DNA of 64,000 nt from Octopus sinensis (GCF_006345805.1 NC_043009.1:51832001-51896000); one strand, 5' to 3'; positions 27,764-42,077 are shown, counted from the first letter of the stretch. The notes: generated by a model from the letters alone, not told the origin. A program made the numbers and translations.

Positions 27764-28015
27764 TGCTTACACGTAAATCATCCAATATATATATTCTTTC
27801 GAGACTTACGTGAATTGCATAAGTATCGTGCTCGACTGAGAATCAGTACCAAATCTATCTATTTATCTACCTAGCATGCTACGCACATACACACATGGGC
27901 ACGCTCACAAACGTACAGACAAACACACACACACACACACACGCACATGTAAATATCTAACGTACTAGCAGTTTCGTTTCATTGTTATAACGCATTATAC
28001 TAACAGCACAGTAAT

Positions 28016-28177
28016 GGCGCAGGAGTGGCTGTGTGGTAAGTAGCTTGCATACCAACCAAATGGTTCTGGGTTCAGTGCCACTGCGTGGCACCTTGGGTAA
28101 GTGTCTTCTTCTATAGCTTCGGGCCGGCCAAATCCTTGTGAGTGGATTTGCTAGACGGAAACTGATAGAAGCACGTC

Positions 28178-28213
<36 letters not shown>

Positions 28214-28467
28214 TAAATAAATCAATAAATAATATATATACATATATGTGTGTATGTATATGTGTCTGTGTCTGTGTTCCCCCAACATCGCTTGACAACC
28301 GATGCTGGTGTGTTTACGTCCCCGTCATTAAGTGGTTCGGCAAGAGAGACCGATAGAATAAGAACTAGGCTTACAAAGAATAAGTTCTGGGGTCGATTTG
28401 CTCGACTAAAGGCGGTGCTCCAGCATGGCCGCAGTCAATGACTGCAACAAATAAAAGAAGAAAAGAA
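28016..28467 (+). mobile_element. Family B SINE, full length, with an internal (TA)n tract
   Basis: tRNA-like head ggcgcaggagtggctgtgtggtaag...ggttcagtgcca, CORE-like gcaccttgggtaagtgtctt, and tail ...gcagtcaatgactgcaacaaataaaaga. Confidence 0.9.
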
Positions 28468-28568
28468 TACTATACAAAATATGAATGTGCTACAGCAAAA
28501 ATAGACAGTGCGTCGAGAGCATGTTTGTAGATAGAAAAATTGAGAACAGTTGTAAGTACGTTTCTTGA

Positions 28569-28770
28569 TTTCTTTACTACCCACAAGGGGCTAAACACAG
28601 AGAGGACAAACAAGGACTGACAAACGGATTAAGTCGATTACATCGAGCCCAGTGCGTAACTGGTACTTAATTTATCGACCCCGAAAGGATGAAAGGCAAA
28701 GTCAACCTCGGCGGAATTTGAACTCAGAACGTAGCGCCCGGCGTGGTAACGTTTCTGCCAGCACGCCACC
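28569..28770 (-). mobile_element. Family A SINE flanked by a ~45-bp direct duplication
   Basis: Family A sequence. The flanks 28525-28570 and 28771-28813 are near-identical. Confidence 0.9.
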
Positions 28771-29380
28771 TTGTAGATAGAAAAATGGGAACAGTTGTAA
28801 GCACATCTTGATTCTCCTTAGGCTCACCAAAAGCATCACCATAAATGCTTTAGCCATCCGCAAAAATCGTTTGTTTTAAATAGATTATTAAATTAACCTT
28901 AGATACATACCTGCAATATACTACAATATACATAATCAGCCTTGCTTACATAGCTGGAATATACTTTAAATTCTATCTTATTTAATCATCTCGACTTCGT
29001 TATATATGACTCTCTTGTATGCAGGCATATTTTAAATAAATATGTACAATGTTGTCGTGTCACAAAGCAATTATATATTTTATCGCTTGTCTACGACTAT
29101 AAGAGGATATATTCCTCTTATTAAAGATTTTCTATGAAGGGATAACATACAAAATATAACTTTAACATCTAATATGGTTTATGACACGTATAGACTTCAT
29201 GTCAGTAATTGTTTATTTAATTTCATAAATCAAAGAATTTTATATATCTAATAATATTGCCGTTTCTATTTTATTACCTATGTATAAACTGCCGAAGATT
29301 CTGGAAATTGATGAAGCATATTGAATATTTGTTGTAAAGGGTATATTTACACACACACATACGTACATACATAATGATAT

Positions 29381-29415
<35 letters not shown>

Positions 29416-29416
29416 C

Positions 29417-29459
<43 letters not shown>

Positions 29460-29839
29460 ATTATATAGATATAGATATAGATATTGATAGATAGACAGAG
29501 AGAGAGAGTGAGATAAATAGATAAGGGGACAGAGAGACAGAGAGACAGACAAGACAGACAAGACAGGCAAGACAGACAAAAAGAGGGACAGAGGATGAGA
29601 ACGAGAGATGGTGGGAGACAGACATGTAGACAATAGGAGTTTCACGTATGGAAACAAATGGCATCAAACATACTAAATAACTGTAAAGTTCATTTGGCTA
29701 ATTTCTGCGATTATTCGGAGTTTTCACGCCCAATTCGTTCCGTCAGGTGGCAAGTTGTGGTGGAAAATGTTTCAGCTTCAGCCAAAATACAATATCGGTC
29801 AAAACACATTTACTGATCACATTCCTAAGCGGATTTAAG

Positions 29840-29912
29840 GCTTAACAACAACACCAACTACAAACACATAAACCTTCTCGCAATTCTACGAATATAACAA
29901 CAATAACAACGG

Positions 29913-29982
<70 letters not shown>

Positions 29983-30086
29983 AACTACTTCTACTACTAC
30001 TACTACTAGTGGTAGCGGCGGTGGTGACGAAGGTGTTGATGTTGATGGTGGTACTGGTGTAGGTAGTAGTAGTATTAGTAGTAGTT

Positions 30087-30126
<40 letters not shown>

Positions 30127-30139
30127 CAGCAGCAGCATC

Positions 30140-30173
<34 letters not shown>

Positions 30174-30404
30174 TAACTTCAAATATTTCTTTCATTAGTA
30201 CTGATAATAATAAAGGTGACATGATGAAGAGGAGAATGAAAATGATCAAAGATGATGATGACGAAGACGACGACGTCAATCATGAATAGGGCGATTTCAA
30301 TGAAAACGATGATGATCAGGATGATGATGGTGGTGGTGGAGGTGGTGGTGATGTTACTGTTGTTGTTGTTGGTGTTGCTGGTGATGGTGGTGGTAGTGTT
30401 ACTG

Positions 30405-30436
<32 letters not shown>

Positions 30437-30641
30437 GATGTTACTGTTGTTGTTGTTGGTGGTGGTGGTGATGATGGTGGTGGTGGTGTTAGTGTTGTTG
30501 TTGTTGTTGTTGGCGGTGGTGGTATGGTGGTGGTGCTGGTGATGTTGCTGTTGTTGTTGTTGTTGTTGGTGGTGGTAGTGGTGATGGTGGTGGTGGTGGT
30601 AATGGTGGTGTTGGTGGTAGTGATGGTGGTGGTGGTGCTAC

Positions 30642-30672
<31 letters not shown>

Positions 30673-30845
30673 GATGGTGGTGATGGTGGTGGTGCTGGTG
30701 TTGGTAGTGTTGGTGGTAGTGATGGTGGTGGTCGTGGTGGTCATGGTGGTGGTCATGGTGATGGTGGTGTTACTGTTGTTGTTGTTAATGGTGGTGGTGA
30801 TGGTAATGATGACGTCGACGACGACGACTACAACAATGATGATTT
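29840..30845. repeat. Compound trinucleotide tract (CTA)n, (TAG)n, (GGT/GTT/GAT)n
   Basis: Visible directly. It has higher-order units such as ggtggtggtgatgttactgttgttgttgtt. Confidence 0.95.
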
Positions 30846-31222
30846 ATAACATAGAAACACAAGCAGCATTTTGATAAGACCTAACCTATTCGGCAGTTAG
30901 CAATTTCTTGTCCGCTATTACACTTCCCTCTTTTCCCCCGGAAGGATGAAAAGCTAAATAGCGATTAACAGATCTTGAATACCGCTAAATTACTACAGGG
31001 CATTTTACAGAGCACAATGACTATTTTGCTAAGACGAGGAGCTCTACCATTTACGGCACCCTATTAAAAGTATGGGTGAGTTTAGGGGCAATTGATAAAA
31101 CAGATCATTAGACTTCGTCTTCCGTTTTATAAAGAGTGATGTATTTCTGCTACTCAAAATGGTGGGCCGCGAACCGGTGCCGGTCCGTGGGTCATCAGCT
31201 GCCGGTACGTGTTGAGTTTCAA

Positions 31223-31454
31223 GGCGGCGAGCTGGCAGAAACGTTAGCACGCCGGGTGAAATGCTTAGCGGTAGTTCGTCTGCCGTTACGTTGTGAGTTC
31301 AAATTCCGCCGAGGTCGACTTTGCCTATCATCCTTTCTGGGTCGATAAATTAAGTACCAGTTACGCACTGGGGGCCATATAATCGACTTAATACCTATGT
31401 CTGTCCTTGTTTGTCCCCTCTGTGTTTAGCCCCTTTGTGGGTAATAAAGAAATA
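31223..31454 (+). mobile_element. Family A SINE, full length, 17-bp TSD
   Basis: ggcggcgagctggcagaaacgttagc...aaagaaata. The TSD ggtac(g/t)tgttgagtttc is at 31204 and 31455. Confidence 0.95.
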
Positions 31455-31592
31455 GGTACTTGTTGAGTTTCCAGAAAAGAAAGAAGCGATAGCATAATTT
31501 CTGTAATTTCGCCTCATGCACTGCAGTAAACAACTTGTCAGCTTATGTAATGTATTATTTGTTTACATCATTAAAAAGATTGTCAACTTATA

Positions 31593-31765
31593 GGCGTAGG
31601 AACGGCTGTGTGGTAAGTTGCTTGCTTAGCAACAACATGGTTCCGGGTTCAGTCTCACTGCGTGGCACCTTGGGCAAGTGTCTTCTACTATAGCCTCGAG
31701 CTGACCAAAGCCTTGTGAGTGGATTTGGTGGACGGAAACTGAAAGAAGCCCGCCGTATATATGTA

Positions 31766-31826
<61 letters not shown>

Positions 31827-31990
31827 GTGTGTATGTTTGTGTGTCTGTGCTTGTCCCCCCCAACATCGCCTGGCAACCGATGCTGGTGTGTTTACGTCCG
31901 ATAGAATAAGCACTAGGGGTCGATTTGCTCGACTAAAGGCGGTGCTCCACCATGGCCACAGTCACATGACTGAAACAGGTAAAAGAGAAA
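31593..31990 (+). mobile_element. Family B SINE
   Basis: Same head, CORE and tail as 28016, with an internal (TA)n(TG)n tract. Confidence 0.9.
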
Positions 31991-32256
31991 AACAGAATTT
32001 TCATTATATTCATTATCTACATTGATTCCGGTATAAATTAATATTGGCACATTGGAAAACAGTAACTGTCGGTACGCCATATCAGATAGTTTGATAAGCA
32101 CTGAGGTATATATGACGCCAGATGAGATTTGCAGTGTAATAAGTGTAACGGTGTATGAATGTATGCGACCATGCGCGTGTGCTGAGGGAATTATATTTGA
32201 ATTTGTTGTATGTGACAGACTGTGGATGGGAGACTGCCATATGTTCAGGGTTCAGA

Positions 32257-32436
32257 TGGCAGAAACGTTACGTTCTGAGTTCAAATTCCGCCGAGGTCGA
32301 CTTTGCCCTTCATCCTTTCGGGGTCGATTAAATAAGTATCAGTTACGCACTGGGGTCGATATAATTGACTTAATCCGTTTGCCCGTCCTTGTTTGTCCTC
32401 TCTGTGTTTAGCGCCTTGTGGGCACTACAAAAATAA
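32257..32436 (+). mobile_element. Family A SINE, internally deleted, 18-bp TSD
   Basis: The TSD atatgttcagggttcaga is at 32239 and 32437. Confidence 0.9.
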
Positions 32437-32581
32437 ATATGTTCAGGGTTCAGAGTTCAGTTTCAGAGAAATAATTTGGGTGGAGTAATGAAATCGGATG
32501 GGATTTTGATTCAGACACTAATGACTTGAACATATGTGTGTGTTGGAAAAAACACACACACATTGGAAAAAAATCGCCAAC

Positions 32582-32627
<46 letters not shown>

Positions 32628-32839
32628 TTAAAATTAAGGATACAAATATAATCTGTATAGGATTCTATCAAGTAACTAGCATGTAAAAACAAATTAATGT
32701 ATATAATTTTACGAATATAATTATAAAACTATAATAAGGGCAACTACCAAGTAATTCCACGTGCTAGAAACGCCAAATGACTCTAAACTACATTATCTAT
32801 CATATAGACTCGCTGAAAGCAAGGGAATGAACAAAATCG

Positions 32840-33016
32840 TTTTCAAGAAGTTTTAGTCATATATTGATCGACTTCAGGTTTAGGGATGTAATACATTCTA
32901 CCGTCATCTGTATGTTTATAATTATGTAATTTTGGTTATGTCATGCTCATGATGGTAGTGTGTATATGATTACTAAACCTGAAATCGTTCGACATAAAGC
33001 TAAACTTTCTCGAAAA
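32840..33016. mobile_element. Possible short MITE (imperfect ~44-bp inverted repeats)
   Basis: ttttcaagaagttttagtc...gacttcaggtttag versus ctaaacctgaaatc...gctaaactttctcgaaaa. Confidence 0.45.
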
Positions 33017-33146
33017 ATCTTCTTTCTTTATAACCTCGTTTTCAGATAGCATCTATGTAGTAAAGTAGTTTAGAGACATTTGGCCTCTCCTTCTGCCTCG
33101 TAGTTGACTTTATTGTAATTTTATAATTATATTCATGAATTTATAC

Positions 33147-33230
<84 letters not shown>

Positions 33231-33336
33231 CGTATATATATTTTTATATATATTTATATATATATACACATACATATATATACGTATATATATGCATATG
33301 TGTACGTATGTATATACACAAATATATGTTTATGCG

Positions 33337-33372
<36 letters not shown>

Positions 33373-34283
33373 GCATATATATTGTTTCTATACATATATG
33401 CTTCTATCTAGTTATCTATCTATACGTATAAATGCATGCACGCATGCATGTATGCATACATACATACATACATACATACATACATACATACATACATACA
33501 TACATACATACATACATACATACATACATACATACATACATGCAAGCAAGCAAGCATGCATGCATACATATATACATGCGCAAACACAGGTTTTCTCCAA
33601 AATGAGACTATAACACAAGATGCAAACACAATCTCTTGCATACATAGGGATCGAAACCTAAAACCTGAATGTTAAAAAAGGAAATCTTCTAACATTCCAC
33701 AGCAGCATGCTTGTGTCCACAGTGAGGAATTATGAATGTGTATTTGCGTATAAGATGTTCGCAAATCACTTTCAGGTTTTCTAATTTGCTGGACAATGTA
33801 AAATAGCAGTCACAATTGGTGGTTGACAATCAGATGAATACTGATGGAAAATGTTGGAGTAGAGCAGCAGTGAATTGATGCATTGTCTTCGCTGCCTGTT
33901 GTGCCGCTTATTACTATTGCCTGTACGCACATTTATCACAGCCTGTAAATTTATTAGCAACTGGATACTGTGGAGGCAGATAAAAGATGAGAGGGAGAGA
34001 AGGAGAGAAGGAGAGAAGAGACGGTGAGATAAAAACATATGCGCCGGTGATGACGATTATAATTACTATATCGACGACGACTACGACGACAACGACAATA
34101 ATGGCGATGATGTTGATGGTGATGATGACGATTATGGTGATGGTGGTTACGATCGTACTGATGAGTATGATGGTGATGATGATGGGGAAGATGAGTAAAA
34201 GTAAGAGTCATAGTGAGCTTGAAAGAGTGTTAAATAAAAAGAATAGACATATAGACATGCAGATACAAACGTGTTTTTGTGAA

Positions 34284-34330
<47 letters not shown>

Positions 34331-35152
34331 TCACACATACATACACACACACACACTCACATATATATATATATATATAAGTAGACTTATAGATAGACAG
34401 ATACAAATGAGATTGTGTGTGTCGATATATATAAAAATATCCACACAGACAAGCACATTTGTGGATATATATATATATATATAAAAACTCATTTGTATCT
34501 GTCTATCTATAAGTCTACTTATATATATATATGTGTGCGTGTTTGTGTGTGTGTGTGTGTGTGTGTATCCCCACACAGACAGACACGTTTGTATCTGTCT
34601 ATCTTTAAGTCTACTTATTAAAATTTTCTAGTGATTTTGCCGTGGCTTGAATTTACCGGTGTTTTCACATAAATACTGTGCATGGCATTTGAATTTACAA
34701 GGTGATTGTGTATATACATGATGAAACATTTCTATTGCCGGTCAGGATTCATGTTAGCCCCAAGGTAAAATCCTGATTTGATTTCTGTCTACAGGAATAT
34801 TTCCTCTGACGAGACGAATAGGTCCCTTAAGAGATCCCTAACATCGAATTTGCAATAAAGAATTAACCAGTTATTTTCAAGTTGTGGATTCTATTTGCCA
34901 TGTCGCCCGAAGACAGTGTTTATCGTGAGAAGAAATAACATGAGTGATATAATGGCTTTATAGCGGTTTTGGCTGCTATATTTAGCACGTAAGAGTTATT
35001 TTAAACCCTCTTCGTTATAATTGTGACTTGTTCCTAATTATAAACGTTTTTCTTCTTTGTATTTTATGATAACATGTTTGGCCATTGATATATCCATAAA
35101 AAATCTTAATTATTTATAATATATCTTCCGTAATGTTTTACGTTGCTTTCTG

Positions 35153-35239
<87 letters not shown>

Positions 35240-35654
35240 CATATATCAGACACACAGATAGATAGATAAATATATAAACAGATAAGCAGACAGGCAGGAG
35301 GATAGACTAACAAAGAGAAATACAAAGTAATAGATTAATGAGGAAATAGGTAGATAGTAAATGGGTATTTGATCTGGTGTGTGACTGAAAAATTGAGATG
35401 GTAATAATTAAATGAGGGTAATAGTGTGTGACAGTAAAAGAAAGTATTAGGCAGGACCATACATACATACGTACCTATGTTCAACTGTACTGATACATGT
35501 GTGTGTGTGCTTGCGTGTTTGTGTGCATGTGTGCTTGTATGAATGGATTATACACGATATAACATGGTGCAAGGTAAATATGGCGAAGAGAAGAAAAATG
35601 GGCGTCTAGATGAAGAGCAAATGAAACCAGGAGTGCAAATGATGGATCTTTAGG

Positions 35655-35712
<58 letters not shown>

Positions 35713-36074
35713 TGTGTGTGTGTGTGCGTGTGTGTGCGTGTGTGTGCGTGTGTTTGTGTGTGTGTGTGTGTGGAAAAACAGTCAAGGTAGAAAATGCTAA
35801 AATAATTTTATAAGAAACATTTCCGTACCGGTTTCTGCCATTGAGAATTTTTCTAGTGTAAGTATGAAAAACAATTAGATTTTGAAAAAGTTAAAAGAAA
35901 TGTTATTTAGAAGAATATTTGCATCAGTCCGAGATGTAAAGTTATCGGTAAATGTCTTTGATTTTCACTTGGCATTCTTATCTAGGAGCCCTTAATTGTA
36001 TTTCTACATGAATAATATTTTTCTATATGAATAATATTTTGTCTAATGACTAATTCGTCTTTTGTGCTGGGCCA

Positions 36075-36296
36075 CTGGTAGAAATGTTAGCACGCCGGGC
36101 GAAATGCGTAGCCGTATTTCGTCTGCCGTTACGTTCTGAGTTCAAATTCCGCCGAGGTCGACTTTGCCTTTCATCCTTTCGGGGTCGCTAAATTAAGTAC
36201 CAGTTACGCACTGGGGTCGATATAATCGACTTAATCTGTTTGTCTGTCCTTGTTTATGCCATCTGTGTTTAGCTCCTTGTGGGTAGTAAAGAAATA
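36075..36296 (+). mobile_element. Family A SINE
   Basis: Close match to 31223-31454. Confidence 0.9.
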
Positions 36297-36644
36297 TATA
36301 TTACGGGAAATTTTTTTCCCGGCATGCCCTATATCGCCGGGTATATTTTGCGTCTGCGCAGAGATTTGAAAAGTTAAGATCTGCTAGTTGTTAAGATCAA
36401 CACATGGTCTGACGCGATGCGAATCTCGATTCAATTTAGGCGTCTCGCTGATGAAGCTAGCCTTAGCAAACATATTCTGTGTTTTGCTAGAAAGAGGTAG
36501 TAACTGATATCAGTCCGAAATGTAAAGTTATCGGTAAATGTTTTTGATTTTCACTCTCGATAAATTTATCTCCATTTTGTGTTCCCAGCACTTGGCATCC
36601 TTATCTAGGAGCCCTTAATTGTATTTCTATATATTTATATATAT

Positions 36645-37001
36645 ACTAGCAGTATCGCCCGGCGTTGCTCGGGTTTGTAAAGGAAATAACTATAAAGCAT
36701 TTTTAGAGAGTTATAGCCAAAAAATAGCAAAAAAATGGGGAAAAAAATGATGGTAAAGTTTTTTTTGATAGTTAAAAAGGTCGAGTTGCGTCTGTGGTTT
36801 GTGTTTCTGATAGTCGACCCCATGTCGAATTTATCGATCTTTTTCAGAACTGGGGGAACTTTTCAAAATTTTCGCTGCGTTAGTTTTGAATTATGACATT
36901 GGGCTATGTGTGTGTCAAGTTTCATCAGAATCGGTTGAAAGCCGTGGTCAGAGTGAGGGTACAACCAAACAGACACACAGAAACACACACAGACAACTGC
37001 C

Positions 37002-37074
<73 letters not shown>

Positions 37075-37080
37075 GATAGA
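36645..37080 (+). mobile_element. Non-autonomous Helentron/HINE (Lep1/DINE-1-like) element
   Basis: The 5' end is actagc..cgcccggcgttgctcggg (hairpin). The 3' end is aagtttcatcagaatcgg...acagacacacaga...tttatatatata..tagat, the typical architecture of this class. Confidence 0.65.
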
Positions 37081-37756
37081 TAGATAGATAGATAGATTAA
37101 AGATTAAAATTAAAAATAAACAATGGACGTACCAGGTATGTCTACCTGCTGGAAATAACAGTCAAAATTCTTATTTAAATCGCCAAAATACATTGAAATA
37201 AGAGATTTTACTGTTAATCCCAGCTGAAAGACACTCACTATGTCCTTTGATTCATTTTAATCTTTCAGCTATTTTAAGCTTTTGGTGTTGGTGGAGGTGC
37301 TGCAATCGCCTATATCATTGATTTTGTTATTATCATTCTTAAATTGTTGCACTACATAATAATAGAATCAGCGATATCTTCGCAAATATTTACCCATGAA
37401 TTATTTGCTCCGCATATATATATATATATATATATATATCCTCTTGTTTGTTTTCGTTCGGTTTCCTTGTATGACTCCACTGGCCTGTTTTTTGTTCCCA
37501 ACTCTAAACCTACAAGAATCCAAACGTTTTTTTTTGAATTTATGGAAGCAACTGCCTTTGAAGACTCATATTGTCGTTGAATGCTCGAAATGAGGAGTAG
37601 ACAGACATCCGACAACTGATGACGTGTCCTTTCTCTGTATTTACTTGTCCTGTCTTTACGTATTTCGTGTTGCACAGTTGGTGACGTCTTTTACCCATAT
37701 ATGCATATTTATCTATCTATCAACCTATCTATCTATCTATCTATCTATACTATATA

Positions 37757-37822
<66 letters not shown>

Positions 37823-38431
37823 ATATATATATGTGCACATATGTAATACCAAGCCTAATGAAATCACCTTGATGCCTGATATGTGTCTCAGAAAACCAAG
37901 ATAATGACTTTGTTTAAGAAGACTCCAGAGAAATGATAAGTAAAACTTCTATTATTATTACATTAATTATTTCTAAAACAGAAATAAAAATACATTGAAG
38001 ACTGAGAAATACGTCAAAAATTTTCTCTCACTTTGATCATTATTAATGTTTTTACAATGTCTCCAGTATGGATCGTTGCTTTCATCACCAGTATTATCTA
38101 TCGATTTCGTACACAATATTCTTCCTAAAAGATGTTTATTTACTTTTAATTTCGTTTTCTTCTTGTTGCCCCGAGTAACAATTTGTCGGTATGTACCTAT
38201 AGTATAAGATAGTAGATTTCGCATATTTGATTTAGATACATTATATTGGAAATTATTTGGGTGTATAAAAGTAGGAGTTCTTATGAATATTTGTTTACAC
38301 ACAAGTGCATACTTAGGTTTTAATTAGAATCATTTCGGCGCTGTCAAATATATATGTGCGTAGATATATATGTCTACAGAGACTTATCTATATTTATCCG
38401 TCCGTACATTTATATATGTATTCGAAATACA

Positions 38432-38504
38432 TTATATGTATAACGATACGGATTTGACTATACATACATGTATGTGTCTGTATGTGTGTATATGTGTGTA
38501 GGCC

Positions 38505-38561
<57 letters not shown>

Positions 38562-38791
38562 GCATACCGGTAGAGAGAGAGAGAGGGATGTATTAGTTAT
38601 GTTGATGCAAATAGGACAAATATATCTCAAAGTATGAGTACAAAAATATGTTATTATTATTTAGCAGAAGTGGCAGACAGGCTCAAGATCTGAGAATTTC
38701 GTGCATGTAATCTATATATTGTATTACAACCGATATCATAACTATTGGTGAAAAAATATATTTTCACCAATACACACATAACACACACTCG

Positions 38792-38823
<32 letters not shown>

Positions 38824-39005
38824 ATATAGAGGGCATTATACATACATGCCAGGAGGCATTGTATATACATGCCAAACGCTAAGAGGGACAATCAGTCATT
38901 TCTACCAATATATATGTATAACGATACGGATTTGACTATACATACATGTATGTGTCTGTATGTGTGTATATGTGTGTAGGCCATGTATATATATATATAT
39001 ATATA
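38432..39005. repeat. ~80-bp dispersed direct repeat
   Basis: tatatgtataacgatacggatttgactatacatac...gtaggccatgtata occurs at ~38433 and ~38911. Confidence 0.85.
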
Positions 39006-39009
39006 TATA

Positions 39010-40990
39010 ATTAAGTAATTGTAAGGTAAATCACAAGAAAACAAATATATGGATTAAGGTAGATTTACCTTGTATTCGATATTTCGGGTTATGACCCAAT
39101 TGTCGAGAAAATAAACGAACGTTGCCAATGTTCGTGTGTGTGAGTGTGTGTGGAGTGGACATGTACGGAAAGGTGTCGCTATAGCAACCAGCTAGCATCC
39201 TGTAACTACCTTCTGTTGTTGATGTTAGATTTTTTTGGTGTACGAGAATGGCCTCAGAGACTCTATGGTTGACCTTGTTCCGCCGTGTTGTCTTGATGTG
39301 CACTGTGAATTCCGGGGTTTGGCATTTCAGCAGTTGCTTCGTCACTGAAGTTTTCTTGTGCTTCTGATGTAGGATGCGACACATTTGTCACAGATGATCT
39401 CATATACAACATAGATCCTCTGGCAAACTTCAGGGTCATTGATGGGGCAGTTAGATTAATGTGCACTCCTCGGAGTAGTGAGAGGTGTTGTTCTTGGGTA
39501 GATCTCTTCTCTGGGATGGGTCGGTATGCATTATCTGTATATCGAGTCGTTCATTGCGGACTGCATGTTGTATCGCTGCAGTAGTTCTGTCGTGAAAATG
39601 TTGTAGCTTTAGAAAGCACGTGCCGGATTTAGGATATGATGGTTCTGCCAGGGTTTATCGACCTTGATGTTCTTTAGGCGCTGTTGTTTAGCTAAAGATG
39701 GTAGGTAGCCATTCAGGTTTAGGTCTCTGAAAAACTAATTGATGTTGACGGCTTTGTCGGTCACATTGCTGTAATTGTTGTTTATATGTGATTTTTACGT
39801 ATGTCGCTTTAGCTCTGGAGGGAAAGGTTGACTGGTACTGGACGAAAAGTTTTCTACAAGCGGCTTTTCTGTAGAATTTGGTAAATATGAAGCGTTTTCG
39901 TGTGATTTTGAGTTGAAAGTCGAATAGAGAGAGGGTTCCGGATTCGTCTGGATGTTCAATCTCGAATTTGATGCTTATGTCGGTGTTATTGAAGATCCGG
40001 TGTATGTTAATGGCCACATCCCTGGAGGACGTGATGATAAGGGTGTCATCAACGTACATGAAGAAGTTGCATGAGCGGCAAGTGTTGAGTGATGTGCGTT
40101 GTAGCTTATTCATGTACGCGATGGCCAGCAGGCCTAAAAGGCTAGATCCCAAAGTTAGGCCGGAAGTTTGTTTGTAAATCACATCGATATATTGAAAGTA
40201 GGTGTTACGAAATATAATGATTACTAACTCTCGTATGTCTGAGGGCGTGGGACCGAAGAGCTGGAAGTTGATCGATGGTAGGTGAGAGATGATGAAGGGG
40301 AAGATGGGGCGGAGGAGGTTGCAGAGGGGTTGATGAGGAGAGAGGTCAGGGCAAGAAGATGTGGGAGAGATACGGACGTGATGTGATCTATGAGTATATA
40401 AACGGGCCTGGAGAGCGGGTACAGAGGTATAGAGGGAAACTACGTCTAAACTAAAAAAATATTTGTTAGTTTTAGGAATAGAGGTGTCGGTATCTTTGAG
40501 TCTTGTAAAAATTTCGTGGGAGCTGCTGACCTGTCCGGGGAATGCGTGCCGTAAGGACTTGAGGAGTTTAGGGAGGAGCCAAGAAATCTTATAGAAAGGT
40601 ATGTAAAATTCCTGATATTATGGGTCCGATTTTAAGCTTAGTTCCGAGTTTGTAGATTTATATTAAATGGTAGAAAAATGGAAGGGTGGTGGTTTTAGAT
40701 GTGTAGTTCATTCTAATCTTCTTAGTGAAATTTCTTTGGTGATATTCCAGCTGGTGTTGATGATTGACTCCAGTCGGTGAGGTGTAATGTTGTGAATATA
40801 ATATGGTGTCACTAAGGTGTTCGATAGCTAGTTTATTGTAACTGGGTTTGTCTATAATGCAGAATTATTTCCCTTCGTCAGAAGGTGGGTAGATGAGGCT
40901 TTTGTTTCTTAGGTTTTGCAAGGTCAGAAATTGGTATTTAGTAAGGTTGCATGATGGGGAAGCTCTTTTACCTGTTGTGTTAACTATGGA
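39010..40990 (-). mobile_element. Decayed Penelope-like element (RT + GIY-YIG)
   Basis: KYFFSLDVVSLYTSVP (~40415-40464); ORF 39688-40182 with YKQTSGLTLGS..LAIAYM..YVDD..KFYRK; GIY-YIG-like VVYEIICDKCVASYI (~39366-39412); and HRVSEAILV. Confidence 0.9.
39075..39109 (-). ncRNA. Degenerate hammerhead in the PLE 3' region
   Basis: ttc tcgacaatt GGGT-cata-ACCC GAAA tatc gaa. Stem II and GAAA are intact but the CUGANGA core is mutated. It lies sense to the PLE. Confidence 0.35.
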
Positions 40991-41561
40991 TTGAGTCTAG
41001 CTAGACTCAAACAATCTAGGCTCAAGCTAGCTAGACTCAAACAAATGTATATGTATGTGTGTGTGTGTGTATGAATATATGCATACATATACTAAACATT
41101 TATTTTTAGAGACCACAGCTTTTTTATATCCTCCCAACATACGTTGGGTGCAGGGGTCTTTAAAATATATCATGATCTCCGAATGAACCAGCCTCGAGGC
41201 AGGAAATGTAAATGTGGGTAGCAACATCAAACTCCTTTAATCACCAAATGTCACATATCGGAGAAGGTTTCAAGTAGTGATATACTGAGAGTGTAGAAAA
41301 AAAAGAAAAAAAAACGGAAGGGGTCACAGCATGGTCTCAGATCTCTTGTTGAAACTAGTGTAAGCACAGGGAAAACGATTAAATTAATAATTAATGAGGA
41401 GCTGCATATGCATGACACAGATTAGAGCATGGTGTGGCTCACATGTATAGAGATACATTTAGATACATTGCTGAGGGAAACACACACACTCGCGTTGGTG
41501 TATTCTCTACACACACGCACATGCACACAAACACACAGACAGCCACACGTTCATATACATG

Positions 41562-41622
<61 letters not shown>

Positions 41623-42046
41623 CATACATATATGTATGCATGTATGTATATGTATATATATATAAGTATATATTCATAATATATATACATATGTATACAT
41701 GTACATGCACATATATACATATATATAGACATTCATATATACATATACTAAACATTTATTTGCGTGTATATATAAAGTAGCATTCGTGTATATGTGTGTA
41801 TACACATATACATACATAACTACATTATACATACATACATAAACGGACATGCATGCACAAGTATAAATATCAAGAAAGAATGTATATAGAAAGGGACAGA
41901 GAAAGAAAATGTTATACAATGATAGATAGATAGATAGATAAATACTTACATACATACATACATATGCGTAGCGAGAAATATGAGTGAATACCACGTTTTT
42001 TCACATATTAAAGATATATATGTCTATCTATCTTATAATATTTATA

Positions 42047-42077
<31 letters not shown>

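Noticed and set aside
29842-30874. Poly-T/P mucin-like and poly-V/L ORFs
   Set aside because: They come from trinucleotide repeats open in several frames on both strands, with no unique coding flank.
34804-34830. CTGACGA GAC..GTC hammerhead-like start
   Set aside because: There is no GAAA after stem II and no stem I or III.
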